From Bacteroidia bacterium (GTDB lineage: Bacteria; Bacteroidota; Bacteroidia; M30B66), in NCBI GenBank assembly GCA_965279035.1, contig OZ257142.1:3168001-3232000 (forward strand): DNA of 64,000 nucleotides, in the 5' to 3' direction. A program made the position numbers and the translations under genes. Shown piece by piece: positions 30,285-41,194 of the stretch. Within the stretch, counting starts at the first letter, position 1. The number at the start of each line of letters is the position of its first letter. A model generated the notes under the pieces. It worked only from the letters and a program-made list of their open reading frames with translations. It had not been told where the DNA came from and searched no databases.

Positions 30285-32174
30285 TTATTCAACAACTTTA
30301 AACTCCGTACGACGATTCAACTGATGTTGCTCTTCGGTGCATGTAGTGCATTCACAAACAGCTTTCGGTTGTGTTTCACCATATCCTTTGAATGTTAATC
30401 GCTTAGGATCAATATCACGAAGAGTACAATATTTCAACACCGATTTAGCTCGAGCTTCAGATAAACGCTGATTATAAGCATCATCACCACGACAATCAGT
30501 ATGAGAACCAAACTCAATTTTATATTGAGGATTATCAGTTAACAATTTAACAAGTTTGTCAAGTTCAATAGCTGCATCTGGACGAATATCTGCTTTATTG
30601 TAATCATAGTAGATATCAAGTACGCGAGGACCAACTGTTTTTTCAAGTTCGATAATCTTGTTCTCTTTACACGTAATTATAATATCAGAACATTTTCTTT
30701 CAACTGTAGAAATATCAATTGAGTTTGTTAATGTTTGATTATAACGAGCATTGATTGAGAAATTGAAACCGCCTTTGAAACGGAAGTTTGCAACACCGCG
30801 ACTATCAGTCATAGAGCTATCAACTTCACCAGTTTCTTTGTTTGTTGCATAAACTGTACAACCAACAAAAGGAGCTTTGGTTTCTTTGTCTTGAACACAA
30901 ATTTCTGCCGGAATAATTGGATCTTTATAAATCACTTCATAAAGTTGATCAGAACCAGAACGAGCAGAAGTTAGATTTCCAATTTTACCATCATTATCAA
31001 GTGTGAAACTGAAATCATCTTTCGAAGAATTGATTGGAGATTTCAAATTCACTGGTTGACTAAATGTACTTCCGTTTTTAGAACTAACGAAAATGTCCAA
31101 TCCACCCATACCTGCATGACCGTCGGAAGAGAAATAGAACTTTTCATTGAATCCTACTTGAGGCATCATTTCACGACCAGAAGTATTAATCATTGGTCCA
31201 AGATTAACAGGATCTCCCCAAGCTGTTCCATTCCAAGTGCAACTATATAAATCCGTTTGACCATATCCACCTGGGCGATCAGAAGAGAAATATAGAATCT
31301 TACCATCAGGACTTAATGCTGGATGACCATTAGAGAATTCATCGCTGTTGAAAGGAAATTCTTCAATATTTGTCCATTCACCTTCAATGAGTGTAGCTTT
31401 TAAAATTTTAAGGTTAGCTACATTTTCGACATTTTTTTTGATTTTCCCTTTGAATTGATTGGTACGAGTAAAATACATGGTTTGTCCATCAGAAGTGACA
31501 GCGCCAAATGCATCATGATATTCACTATTAACTCCACCTTTAATTAATTCGGGAGCAGACCATTTACCTGCTTTATCTTTCTTAGAATAGTAAAGATCCA
31601 TGAAAGAAAGTCCAGAATAAGGATCTCTTTGTTTTTTATCTTCAACAACAGTTTGAGCAGCGAAAACAAAACCATAATTATAAGGAGTTGCGCCGAAAGC
31701 GGTATTAACACCACTCAATTCAATTTTTGTCAAACTATAGGCACAGGTATCCAAACTATTATCGAATTTTTTCGGATTCGCACAAGCATCAATTAAGCCT
31801 TGTAAAACTTTATCATCAGGTACACGTTTCGCATATTCCTGAAAAGCTTTTTTTGCTTCATCATACTTTTGATTCTCCATTAAAACTTTACCGAAATAAA
31901 ATTGATTGATAGAATCACTTTCGGGCATAGTTACAACATCGCGATAAATTTCTTCAGCCGCAGTTGTATTATTCATCAACCTATATGAATTTGCCAATTT
32001 GGCTTTTGCTTCATACAAAGGTTTCTTATCGAGTGCTTTTTTGTATTGCGCTACCGCATCTGAATATGCATAAGCGTCATACTTTTTATTACCCTGCTTA
32101 ACAAAGTACTGTGCACCACAGCCACCCAGAATAAGTCCCAGGCTTAAGAGGAAAATTGGGTATGTCTTTTTCAT
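30285..32174 (-). CDS. PorE-like lipoprotein (TPR, PD40 beta-propeller, OmpA_C domains)
   Basis: Lipobox 'LGGC' (start ATG 32174), TPR helices, 'LYFSSDRPGGYG..DLY' PD40 repeats, OmpA 'SHTDCRG..AYNQRLSEARA', 'LNRRTEF'. Confidence 0.9.
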   Translation of the reverse strand: MKKTYPIFLLSLGLILGGCGAQYFVKQGNKKYDAYAYSDAVAQYKKALDKKPLYEAKAKLANSYRLMNNTTAAEEIYRDVVTMPESDSINQFYFGKVLMENQKYDEAKKAFQEYAKRVPDDKVLQGLIDACANPKKFDNSLDTCAYSLTKIELSGVNTAFGATPYNYGFVFAAQTVVEDKKQRDPYSGLSFMDLYYSKKDKAGKWSAPELIKGGVNSEYHDAFGAVTSDGQTMYFTRTNQFKGKIKKNVENVANLKILKATLIEGEWTNIEEFPFNSDEFSNGHPALSPDGKILYFSSDRPGGYGQTDLYSCTWNGTAWGDPVNLGPMINTSGREMMPQVGFNEKFYFSSDGHAGMGGLDIFVSSKNGSTFSQPVNLKSPINSSKDDFSFTLDNDGKIGNLTSARSGSDQLYEVIYKDPIIPAEICVQDKETKAPFVGCTVYATNKETGEVDSSMTDSRGVANFRFKGGFNFSINARYNQTLTNSIDISTVERKCSDIIITCKENKIIELEKTVGPRVLDIYYDYNKADIRPDAAIELDKLVKLLTDNPQYKIEFGSHTDCRGDDAYNQRLSEARAKSVLKYCTLRDIDPKRLTFKGYGETQPKAVCECTTCTEEQHQLNRRTEFKVVE

Positions 32175-32197
32175 AGTAGAGATCGCTTGGTAGGGCA

Positions 32198-33115
32198 TTA
32201 GAAATATCGTGGGTTTTTAATTTTTACGAGTTTCTGCGTAAAGTCATATCCTAACATAATTTCGTGTGAACCGCCTTGATACGTACGAATAGCTGTAGTA
32301 GTGTAGTCATAGGCATAACCAGCACGAAGATTAGGAGTAATGGCAAATTCGATCATTCCTACAAATGCAGCATTATATCGATAAGAAACTCCTATCCATA
32401 AACGTTGATTAAATAAGAAGTGAGCATTTAGATCGACAGAAACAGGAGCTGTTGGCTCGTACTTAACTAAGAATGAAGGTTTGAAATCAACCGAGTTAGA
32501 TAATTTCCAAACATATCCTCCATTCAAGTAGTAATGGCGACGAAGTCCGGCGTCTGTATTATCTTTTTTACGAGAATCAATCGCTAGAACGTTTGGAATA
32601 GTTAATCCAAGATATGCACGCTCTTTATAATAATACACCCCAAAATCAAATTTAGGTGTCCAAATACTCTGGTTCCCATTTGTGTATAGAGGATCGTTGG
32701 GATCAGGAATATTTTGAAGATCGGCAACATTAAACGTTTGATTTCGGATTCCAGCACGAAGTCCGAATGATAACTGACCATCTTTTTTACCGAGTCTTAT
32801 CCGATAAGAATAAGCAGCAGAGATATCATTGATTTTGGTTAACCCGATATTATCGTTGGCTACCATAAATCCTAATCCCATTTTCTTATTCTTAATTGGA
32901 CCGTCCACTGCCAATAAATTGGATTTGGGCGCTCCCGGAAAATTAACCCATTGGCTTCTATGGAGCACTGTGGCGCTCCAGTATGGGTGTGTACCGGCAT
33001 AAGCTGGATTCAGAAACAGTCCATTAAACATGTATTGACTGATCTGAAGCTCCTGCTGAGCAGAGCCCATCAGGGAGAAGGCCAGCATACTAATCACTGT
33101 AGCTATTCTCTTCAT
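32198..33115 (-). CDS. T9SS PorP/SprF-family outer-membrane protein
   Basis: 'QQ..QISQYMFNGLFLNPAYAG', 'HRSQWV', 'GYAYDY', 'GSHEIMLGY', terminal 'PRYF'; likely start ATG 33115. Confidence 0.93.
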   Translation of the reverse strand: MKRIATVISMLAFSLMGSAQQELQISQYMFNGLFLNPAYAGTHPYWSATVLHRSQWVNFPGAPKSNLLAVDGPIKNKKMGLGFMVANDNIGLTKINDISAAYSYRIRLGKKDGQLSFGLRAGIRNQTFNVADLQNIPDPNDPLYTNGNQSIWTPKFDFGVYYYKERAYLGLTIPNVLAIDSRKKDNTDAGLRRHYYLNGGYVWKLSNSVDFKPSFLVKYEPTAPVSVDLNAHFLFNQRLWIGVSYRYNAAFVGMIEFAITPNLRAGYAYDYTTTAIRTYQGGSHEIMLGYDFTQKLVKIKNPRYF

Positions 33116-33172
33116 TTTGATTGGTTTTGGTGCTATTCGTTTTTGAAGGGTTAAGTTTCTTTTCTGCAATTA

Positions 33173-36100
33173 TTATTTTCTACGAAGGTCAATAGAACTT
33201 TTCACGTTTTCTTTTCCTTCTTTATTCAGATCTACAACTATGAAATAGGTACCATCAGGCAATTGATTGCCATCATTACTTACCCCATTCCAATCATTTG
33301 TATATCCTTTTTTACTGTAAACCAAATTACCCCAACGGTTGAATATATCAACTTGATTTTCAGTATAACCTTGAATTCCTTTGATCACATAAAAATCGTT
33401 GTAACCGTCACCATTTGGAGTAAATCCATTTGGAAGCTTAATATCATCTGGCTCTTTCACATCAATTGAACCTGTTTGAGGACAACCAAATTCGTCTGTT
33501 ACAGTTACAGTGTATGTTCCTGCAGGAATATTAACCAAGTCTTCGGTTGTTTGTCCACTTGACCATGAATATGCATAATTACCAGCTGGATCAACTGTCA
33601 AATTCACCGATCCATCAGAAGCACCTTTAATCGTTACATTGTAATCATCGAAATAAACAGGACTTGTTAATGTCAAGTTAAACGCTGGAGCAACGATAAA
33701 CGTAATACTTGCCTGAGATACACAACCATCTTGGTTAGTTGCAGTAACTGAATACGTATTAGCGCTATTGATTGTAATTGTTTGAGTATTCTCAGTAGTG
33801 TTCCAAACATAAGAAACAAAACCTAAACTAGCAGTTAAATCAACACTCTCAGGAGTATTACCACAAAGTACAGTATCAGCACTTGCAGTAATTGATAAAG
33901 GTGTTAAAGGTTTTACAGTAATTACTTGAACGGGAGAAGTAGCAGAACAACCTAGTCCATTTGAGTAAATCACTGTATAAGAACCAGCTTCAGTTACTGA
34001 TAGTGTATTACTAGTAGCTCCAGTAATAGGATTACCATTAAACAACCACTGATTTCCAGTTGCATAGCTACTTACTAGAGTAACAAATTGGTTTTCACAA
34101 ATTACAGCCGGACCATCCAATGTAATAATTGGCTGATTGGGTTGTGGAACAATAGTTACAAGAATTGAATCTGTTGCTGTACAACCACTCTCAGAAACAT
34201 TGAGAATATATTCACCTGTTGTACATGCTGATATTGCATTCTGACTTGAATTTGTTCCATCCGCTAATGTCCATTGAACTCCTGTTGTTTGAACAGCAGA
34301 AAGACTTACGCATGTTCCTTCACAAGCTGTTGTTCCATCATTTGCTATGATAGTTGCTTGAGGAAGCGGTGTAACTGTTACATCAATAGTATCAGAAGTT
34401 GCGGGACAAACACCATCAAAAGCAGTAACGTAATATGAACCAGATTCAGTGACAAGGATTTGATCAAAGTTTAGAAGTCCATTACTCCATACAACGAAAT
34501 TCCCTGTAGATGAACTTAAAACTAAACTATCTCCTTCGCAGAATGTAGTTGGACCTTGAGCAGTAATAATTGGAGCTGCGGGAGGTGTGTTTAAATTAAT
34601 CTGAACTGTATCTGTAGAAGCACATCCGTTTGCACTAAGAATATCAACACTTACTGTAACATCAGAAGTAGCAATAAAGCTAACAGAAGCTCCATCAGAA
34701 TTTCCTAAATAGATTCCAGAAGGGGACCAAACATACGTTGCTCCAACACTATTTTCAACAGAGAGGTTAACTGTGTCACCTGGACAAATCACTTGATCAT
34801 TTCCTAAACCTGCATTCACAATTGGAAGAACAGTAACTACAACAATATCAGTAGAGGTTCCACAAGAGTTTGTTCCAGTTAATGTATAAGTAGTAGTTTC
34901 AAATGGAGTACAAACCGGATTTGAAATGATTGTTCCAGATAAGTAGATAGAAGGACTCCATACATAAGTATCAGCACCTGTTCCAGTAAATTGGATTGGT
35001 GTTCCAGCACAAACAGTTGTATCTAATCCAGCATTTGTAGCAGGAAGTGGAAGAACTTCTACATCGACTGTTGCAGAGGTATCAGAACATCCAAAAGAAT
35101 TTGTTACGAAAACATAATAAGAACCAGTCGTATCAACAGTAATTGATTGATTGAATTGATCTGAGCCAGTTTGATTCCAAGTATTTCCTGTTTGAGCACT
35201 TGAAGTTAATATCACCGAACCACCTTCACAGAAAGTAAGTGAACCGCTAGCTGTAATTGTAGGTTGAGCTGGTGTAGGATTTACAACAACTGTAGCTGAG
35301 CCAACTGGAAAGTTACCAGGACAGCTAGGATCAGAATCGGAAATTAACGACACTAATGAATATGTAGTTGTTGTAGTTGGACTCACAGCGACACTAAACG
35401 TACCTGCCGAAGAAAGGGTTTCAGTTGTATTCACATTTCCATCTGAATATACGAATGTAAAAGGACCATTTCCTGTGATATCAACACTTAGCGTTAAAGG
35501 TGAACCTGAACAAATTGTATCATTACTTAAAGAAATACTTGCCGTTGGTGCATCTGTATTGATAATTGAAGTATCAGCAGTTACTGAACAAGAACCTGCA
35601 TTTACTGTAACAGTATATGTTCCTACAGGAATAGCAGTTAAATCTTCTGTTGAAGCAGAGAATGCACCTGGACCAGTCCAAGTATATGTAAACGGACCTG
35701 AATTTCCACTAACTGTTAAGTCGATAGCACCTGTAGATGAACCACAACTTGCATTTGTAACAGCAAAGGATAAAATAGGATCATCTGTATTGGTAATAGA
35801 AACAGTGATTGTTTCAGAACAATTTAATTGATCAGTAACTTGAAGTGTATAATCACCAGAAGCTAAACCAGAAATATCTTCTGTTGAAGCTGTAAAAGAT
35901 GAAGGTCCAGTCCATGAATACGTGATATTCCCTGTACCGTCTGTAATGGTTGCATCAATTGATCCTAATGATTGACCACATTGCGTATTTACTTGTGTGA
36001 ATGCAATGGAAGGAGGAAGTGTATTAGTTAATGTTGTACTATAAGCACTTGAACATCCATTGGCATCAGTTACAGTTACTGAGTAATCACCTGCACAAAG

Positions 36101-39100
36101 ATTTGTTAGTGTAGAATCAGATGCACCATTACTCCAAAGGATTGTTACTGGGTTAACTGCATCAATAATTTGTAAATCAATAGAACCATTACATAATCCA
36201 CATTTAGCATTCACTGCATTTGCAGAAAGTGATAAACCTTGAATTGAATCAATTGTGAATTCTTGAGTTACAACACAACCGTTGTTGTCAGTAACAATTA
36301 CTTCACATGTTCCTGGAGCTAATCCAGTTGCATCTTGAGTAACTTGACCATTACACCATAAATAAGTGAAAGGATTTTGACCGTTAGTTAGTGTGATATC
36401 AACTGCTCCATTATTTAAACCACAAGAAGCTGGTGTTACATTACCTTGAATTGTAAAGATAACTCCATTGGTTACTGATACTGTAACTGAATCAATACAT
36501 CCATTTAAATTATCTGTAACAACAACTTGATAATCACCTGTTGCAAGATTTGAGATGTCTTCAGTGGAAGCTGTAAATCCACCATCGCCAGTCCAAGAAA
36601 AGCTATAATCTGTAGAACTTCCAGTTAATGTAATATCAATTGCTCCATTACTTTGATTACATGCTGCAGGTGTTACTGATGACTGTATTGTAAAGCTATT
36701 GCTATTCGTAATAGTCACAGTGATTGAATCCTGACAACCAAAAACATTGTCGGTAACAACTACTTGATAATCTCCTTGAGCTAAATTGGAAATGTCTTCA
36801 GTTGAAGCTGTATAATTTGAATCACCTGTCCAAGAGTATGTAAAATCACCAGAACCATCCGTTACCGTTAAATCGATAGAACCATTACTTGAACCACAAA
36901 GAGCATTTACATGTGTTTCGCTCAATTGTGGACCATTTTGATTCTCTAAAGTGAATGGACCTGAAACTTGACAACCAGCATCATCTGTAACTGTAACAGT
37001 ATATTCACCAGCAGTTAAACCACTAAGATCTTGAGTGATTTCATTGTTAGGGGTCCAAGAATAAGTATAAGGAGAAACTCCACCTGAAACCGAAACATCA
37101 ATAGCGCCATCCGAGTTTCCACAAGAAGGTTCATTAATATCTCCAGTTAATACTGGAACACCTGTATTACTTAAAGTAACAGAATCAATTGCCTCACATC
37201 CGTTATCATCTGTTATTAGTAAGTAGTATACACCGTCAGTAAGATCTGAAATAGTTGTATCACCTGATAAAGTTCCAGTCCAAGAAATACTATAAGGTTG
37301 AACACCTCCAGTAATATGAGCTGTTATTACCCCATTATCGAGATTACAACTTGGTTGAGTGATTTCAAATTGAGCTGAAGGAGCATTTTCATTTTCAACA
37401 CAGGCTTGTGTAGTAGCCTCGCAACCATTTGCATCTACAACAGTAACAGAATAACATCCAAATGGTAAGTCGCTGATATCTTCTGTTGTAGCTGTAAATC
37501 CAAATGAATCATCCCAAGAGAAAGTGAAATTTGGAGTACCGCCTGTAACTGTCAAATCGATTGCTCCAAGAGATAAACCACACTGAGTATTTGTAACAGT
37601 AGTAGATAATGTAGGCAGATTCGGATAAGCTAAAACTGCAGTATCGAGAACAATACAACCATTACCATCAGATGCAGTTAATATATATGTACCAGGACCT
37701 AAGTCAGTCAAATTAGCAAACGATGCAAATGGATTTCCATCCAAAGTCCAATTGTATAGAATTGGATTCTGAGCATCAACTAAATTTAATGTAACACTAC
37801 CAGTATCATTATTACATGTTGGTTGAGTGATAACTAAATCAGAAGTAGGTTGAACACTTGGATTGATAGTATATTCTGCAGTTGCAACACAACCATTATC
37901 ATCGGTTAGTGTAAGTGTATAAGTACCATCACCAAGATTAAATTGATCTAATGTATTAGCAAGATTACTCCATTCAATTGTGAATGGCTCAGTTCCACCT
38001 GTTACAGTTACATCAATAATTCCGTTTACTTGACCACACGTTGTATTAGCAACAACTGCAGATAAAACAGGAGGATTTACCGGTTGAACTTCTGCTGAAC
38101 CTGAAACAATACATGTTGTAGTTAAGTCTGTAACAGTTACATCGTATTGTCCTGTTTCTAAATTAGAAAGATCTTGAGTATTTGCAGTAAATGAATTCGG
38201 TCCAGTCCAGCTATAATCATAATTATCAGAACCTCCAATTACAGTTAAATTAACTGCTCCGTCATTAGCCGTACAAGAAACTGGTGTAGTTGTAAAACTT
38301 AACTGAGGAAGATTACCATAGATAATAGAAACATTGGCTGTTGCAGTACATGTTGTATCTACTAAATCGCGAACTGTTACTGAATAACTACCAGTATCTA
38401 AACCAGCAATATCTTCAGTGATTGCCGAATTACTCCAAAGGAATTCATAGGTCCCTGAACCACCGCTTACAGTTAAATCAATCGAGCCATCTGTATTTCC
38501 GCAAGTTGCATTTATTTGAGAAGTTGAAAGTGATATCGTATTCAAAGGAGCAACCGTTGATACAACAGATGTAGAACAACTAGCAGCATCAGTAATAACA
38601 ACTGTATAGGTTCCTGATGAAAGATTGGTTACATCTTGATCTGTTGCATTTGAATTTGGTGACCATACATAAGTAAATGGTTCAGCACCACCAACGATTG
38701 AAACATCAATTGCCCCTCCGTTTGGAGATGCACAAGTTGGATTTGTAACGGTAGATGAAGCAGTAAATTGATTTGAGTTGATGATGGTAGCAGTGATAAT
38801 GACTTCACAACTATTACCATCGCGAACAGTATCTATATATGTACCGGCATCTAAACCGGAAATATCCTCAGTTGTTAAGCCATTGCTCCAATGATGCGTT
38901 ATAGAAGAAGATCCTCCATTCAAAGTAACTGTTACATCAATTGAACCGTTAGATTGTGCACACAAAGCATCTACTTGTGTAAAGGTAACAGTTGGAGCAT
39001 CTTGATTTATAACGGATGCAGAACCATTCACAACGCACGTTGTACCATTATCAGTTACTTGAACTGAATACGTATCTGCAGATAATCCTGAGATATCTTC

Positions 39101-40990
39101 TGTTACGGCATTAGTTGGAGTCCATAAATAATCAAAAGGACCAACACCACCTGTTACAGTAAGATTTACTGTACCATTCGTATTACCGCAAGTTGCATTG
39201 GTTGCAACAAGAGCAAGTTCAGGTTCGTTGGTATTTGTAATGGTGAACGTGCTATCACCTGTACAACCGTTATCATCGGTTACAGTTAAGGTGTAGCTAT
39301 TGGCAGATAAATCGGAGATGTCTTCGGTTATAGCTGAATTTGACCAACTATATGTATAAGGTAAAAGTCCACCTGAAACTGATGCGTCGATGCTACCAGT
39401 AGATTGACTACATAATGTATTTACTACTGTTCCTGAAACTGAAGGACTTTCGATTGTTGTAACAGTTGTTGTACTAGTATTTTGACAAGCTCCATCAGGA
39501 GAAGTATAAACTACAGTATATGTAGTGTTACCAGAAGCGTTTGAAATAATCCCAGTTAAGGAATTGATTGTTGCTCCATCTGAAGGGATTGGTAAAAAGC
39601 TATATGTTCCTCCACTTGCAAAACCGGTAGCTCCAACAGGAGCTAATGATGATCCACTTGAACAAAATGGAGCAATAGTGAAATCAGTAACATCTGTTGT
39701 ATTAACTGTTACAGATGTTGTGGAAGAGGCCTGACAAAAATCACCTTCAACTGTGTAACGTATTATATATGTATTAGCAATTGTTGCATTGCTAATTACA
39801 CCAGTTGCAGGATTTATTGTAGCTGCATCAACTGGAGCAACATCAAATGTATAAACACCACCAGCTAAAAATCCAGTTGCGCCAACAGGTGGTTGAGAAA
39901 CAGGACCGCAAAATGGATTGTATGAAAAAGCGGTAACAGGAGGAGGTGTAGTTTGAATTGAAACTAAACCAGAGTTCCCATTAGATCCACAATTCGTAGG
40001 GAAATTATCAGTAATACCAATCGTTTGGTAAAATCCTGGTTGACTTGCATAAAATGTATAGACGTATGAATTTGCATTATAAGGAACGCCAACATCATTA
40101 ACAGTAATTACATCTATGCCATCGGGTGTATAGAAAATATCATAAGGAGGAATACCACCTTCGATGATTAAACCTAGTTGAGCTGAATCACCTTCACAAA
40201 TTGTAACTGTTGTATCGGAAGTTGTTACAAGAGCATTGTTTTCAAAATACCCTAAGAAAGTAAAAATGGGAGTATTTACATTGATACAAACTGGATAGGA
40301 AGAAGTCGCACAACCATTGCTTCCAGTTATTTGAGTGTAATAACATCCGCCACCTACAACACCAATAAATGGATTGGTATTAACACCTCCAGGAAACCAA
40401 AGATTGTTTTGAGCTACACTAGATGTTAAAAATGTTGTGGCAGATCCGTAACAAAAATCTGTTGGTCCATTTACCGAAACAGTCGGGATTGAAGGAGCAA
40501 CATCTACTTTAATTATGATATCAGACCCATTATCTGTTCCATTAATTGCAGGATCAGAACTAACAACACGAACACGATACCCCGTTCCAAATGGAGTTCC
40601 ATTAGGAATCTGACAATAAATTTGACCGTCAGTAACTAAACCAATAAGGCTTAATGGTGATGTTGAGATAATAGTTGGAGAAGCAAAACTTCCACTTGCA
40701 TCAGAAAGCTCAACAGTGAAATTATTATTGATTCCGTAAAAACCACCAGATGTAGTAAAATTTACAACCAAGGCTGAACCTGAACAAAGTGTTCCAGTTA
40801 CGGGTTGGGTAATCAAGGTAATTGAACCGTTTGTTTCATCCGCACTTGGTGTTGTGGTTGAAAATGAAAGAAAAGGCGAGGAATCATAATCGGAATGACC
40901 GGCTGCTGGAATAACATTCACATTCGCTGAAAGTAGCGAGTTAATTGAAATTCCAACGAAAAGTAAAGCCAGGTAAAAGCTTTTTTTCAT
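33173..40990 (-). CDS. Giant SprB-repeat/Ig-like surface adhesin with T9SS type B (CHU_C / gliding-motility) C-terminal domain
   Basis: 2605 aa; signal peptide; many 'C....G.IDLTV.GG..P(Y/F)TY.W.....TEDIS.L..G.Y.V.VTD..GC' repeats; CTD 'LPNGFTPNGDGYND...IFNRWG..V...WNG...LPDGTYF'. Confidence 0.93.
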   Translation of the reverse strand: MKKSFYLALLFVGISINSLLSANVNVIPAAGHSDYDSSPFLSFSTTTPSADETNGSITLITQPVTGTLCSGSALVVNFTTSGGFYGINNNFTVELSDASGSFASPTIISTSPLSLIGLVTDGQIYCQIPNGTPFGTGYRVRVVSSDPAINGTDNGSDIIIKVDVAPSIPTVSVNGPTDFCYGSATTFLTSSVAQNNLWFPGGVNTNPFIGVVGGGCYYTQITGSNGCATSSYPVCINVNTPIFTFLGYFENNALVTTSDTTVTICEGDSAQLGLIIEGGIPPYDIFYTPDGIDVITVNDVGVPYNANSYVYTFYASQPGFYQTIGITDNFPTNCGSNGNSGLVSIQTTPPPVTAFSYNPFCGPVSQPPVGATGFLAGGVYTFDVAPVDAATINPATGVISNATIANTYIIRYTVEGDFCQASSTTSVTVNTTDVTDFTIAPFCSSGSSLAPVGATGFASGGTYSFLPIPSDGATINSLTGIISNASGNTTYTVVYTSPDGACQNTSTTTVTTIESPSVSGTVVNTLCSQSTGSIDASVSGGLLPYTYSWSNSAITEDISDLSANSYTLTVTDDNGCTGDSTFTITNTNEPELALVATNATCGNTNGTVNLTVTGGVGPFDYLWTPTNAVTEDISGLSADTYSVQVTDNGTTCVVNGSASVINQDAPTVTFTQVDALCAQSNGSIDVTVTLNGGSSSITHHWSNGLTTEDISGLDAGTYIDTVRDGNSCEVIITATIINSNQFTASSTVTNPTCASPNGGAIDVSIVGGAEPFTYVWSPNSNATDQDVTNLSSGTYTVVITDAASCSTSVVSTVAPLNTISLSTSQINATCGNTDGSIDLTVSGGSGTYEFLWSNSAITEDIAGLDTGSYSVTVRDLVDTTCTATANVSIIYGNLPQLSFTTTPVSCTANDGAVNLTVIGGSDNYDYSWTGPNSFTANTQDLSNLETGQYDVTVTDLTTTCIVSGSAEVQPVNPPVLSAVVANTTCGQVNGIIDVTVTGGTEPFTIEWSNLANTLDQFNLGDGTYTLTLTDDNGCVATAEYTINPSVQPTSDLVITQPTCNNDTGSVTLNLVDAQNPILYNWTLDGNPFASFANLTDLGPGTYILTASDGNGCIVLDTAVLAYPNLPTLSTTVTNTQCGLSLGAIDLTVTGGTPNFTFSWDDSFGFTATTEDISDLPFGCYSVTVVDANGCEATTQACVENENAPSAQFEITQPSCNLDNGVITAHITGGVQPYSISWTGTLSGDTTISDLTDGVYYLLITDDNGCEAIDSVTLSNTGVPVLTGDINEPSCGNSDGAIDVSVSGGVSPYTYSWTPNNEITQDLSGLTAGEYTVTVTDDAGCQVSGPFTLENQNGPQLSETHVNALCGSSNGSIDLTVTDGSGDFTYSWTGDSNYTASTEDISNLAQGDYQVVVTDNVFGCQDSITVTITNSNSFTIQSSVTPAACNQSNGAIDITLTGSSTDYSFSWTGDGGFTASTEDISNLATGDYQVVVTDNLNGCIDSVTVSVTNGVIFTIQGNVTPASCGLNNGAVDITLTNGQNPFTYLWCNGQVTQDATGLAPGTCEVIVTDNNGCVVTQEFTIDSIQGLSLSANAVNAKCGLCNGSIDLQIIDAVNPVTILWSNGASDSTLTNLCAGDYSVTVTDANGCSSAYSTTLTNTLPPSIAFTQVNTQCGQSLGSIDATITDGTGNITYSWTGPSSFTASTEDISGLASGDYTLQVTDQLNCSETITVSITNTDDPILSFAVTNASCGSSTGAIDLTVSGNSGPFTYTWTGPGAFSASTEDLTAIPVGTYTVTVNAGSCSVTADTSIINTDAPTASISLSNDTICSGSPLTLSVDITGNGPFTFVYSDGNVNTTETLSSAGTFSVAVSPTTTTTYSLVSLISDSDPSCPGNFPVGSATVVVNPTPAQPTITASGSLTFCEGGSVILTSSAQTGNTWNQTGSDQFNQSITVDTTGSYYVFVTNSFGCSDTSATVDVEVLPLPATNAGLDTTVCAGTPIQFTGTGADTYVWSPSIYLSGTIISNPVCTPFETTTYTLTGTNSCGTSTDIVVVTVLPIVNAGLGNDQVICPGDTVNLSVENSVGATYVWSPSGIYLGNSDGASVSFIATSDVTVSVDILSANGCASTDTVQINLNTPPAAPIITAQGPTTFCEGDSLVLSSSTGNFVVWSNGLLNFDQILVTESGSYYVTAFDGVCPATSDTIDVTVTPLPQATIIANDGTTACEGTCVSLSAVQTTGVQWTLADGTNSSQNAISACTTGEYILNVSESGCTATDSILVTIVPQPNQPIITLDGPAVICENQFVTLVSSYATGNQWLFNGNPITGATSNTLSVTEAGSYTVIYSNGLGCSATSPVQVITVKPLTPLSITASADTVLCGNTPESVDLTASLGFVSYVWNTTENTQTITINSANTYSVTATNQDGCVSQASITFIVAPAFNLTLTSPVYFDDYNVTIKGASDGSVNLTVDPAGNYAYSWSSGQTTEDLVNIPAGTYTVTVTDEFGCPQTGSIDVKEPDDIKLPNGFTPNGDGYNDFYVIKGIQGYTENQVDIFNRWGNLVYSKKGYTNDWNGVSNDGNQLPDGTYFIVVDLNKEGKENVKSSIDLRRK

Positions 40991-41013
40991 ACAAAGTGGG
41001 TTTATGCGACGGG

Positions 41014-41021
41014 CAAAAATA
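41014..41021 (-). promoter_or_regulatory. Putative -7 promoter element for the adhesin-porP-porE operon
   Basis: Minus strand TATTTTTG matches TAnnTTTG, 23 nt before the ATG. Confidence 0.55.
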
Positions 41022-41194
41022 ATCAGATTGACGAGATAAAAAAAAGATAGAACACGCCAAATTTCAGCTTTTCAGAGTTTATTAATTTTAATTGTTTGAA
41101 AGACTCTTTGAAAATGAAATTTTAGCAGTAGACAATTAGTAATAAAATGAAACATGATTTTATTCAACACATCGAATGTCAAGGGTTTGGGCAA

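Noticed and set aside
33173-40990. Repeats as a CRISPR array or mobile element
   Set aside because: The repeats are degenerate, in-frame protein modules with no identical repeat-spacer structure
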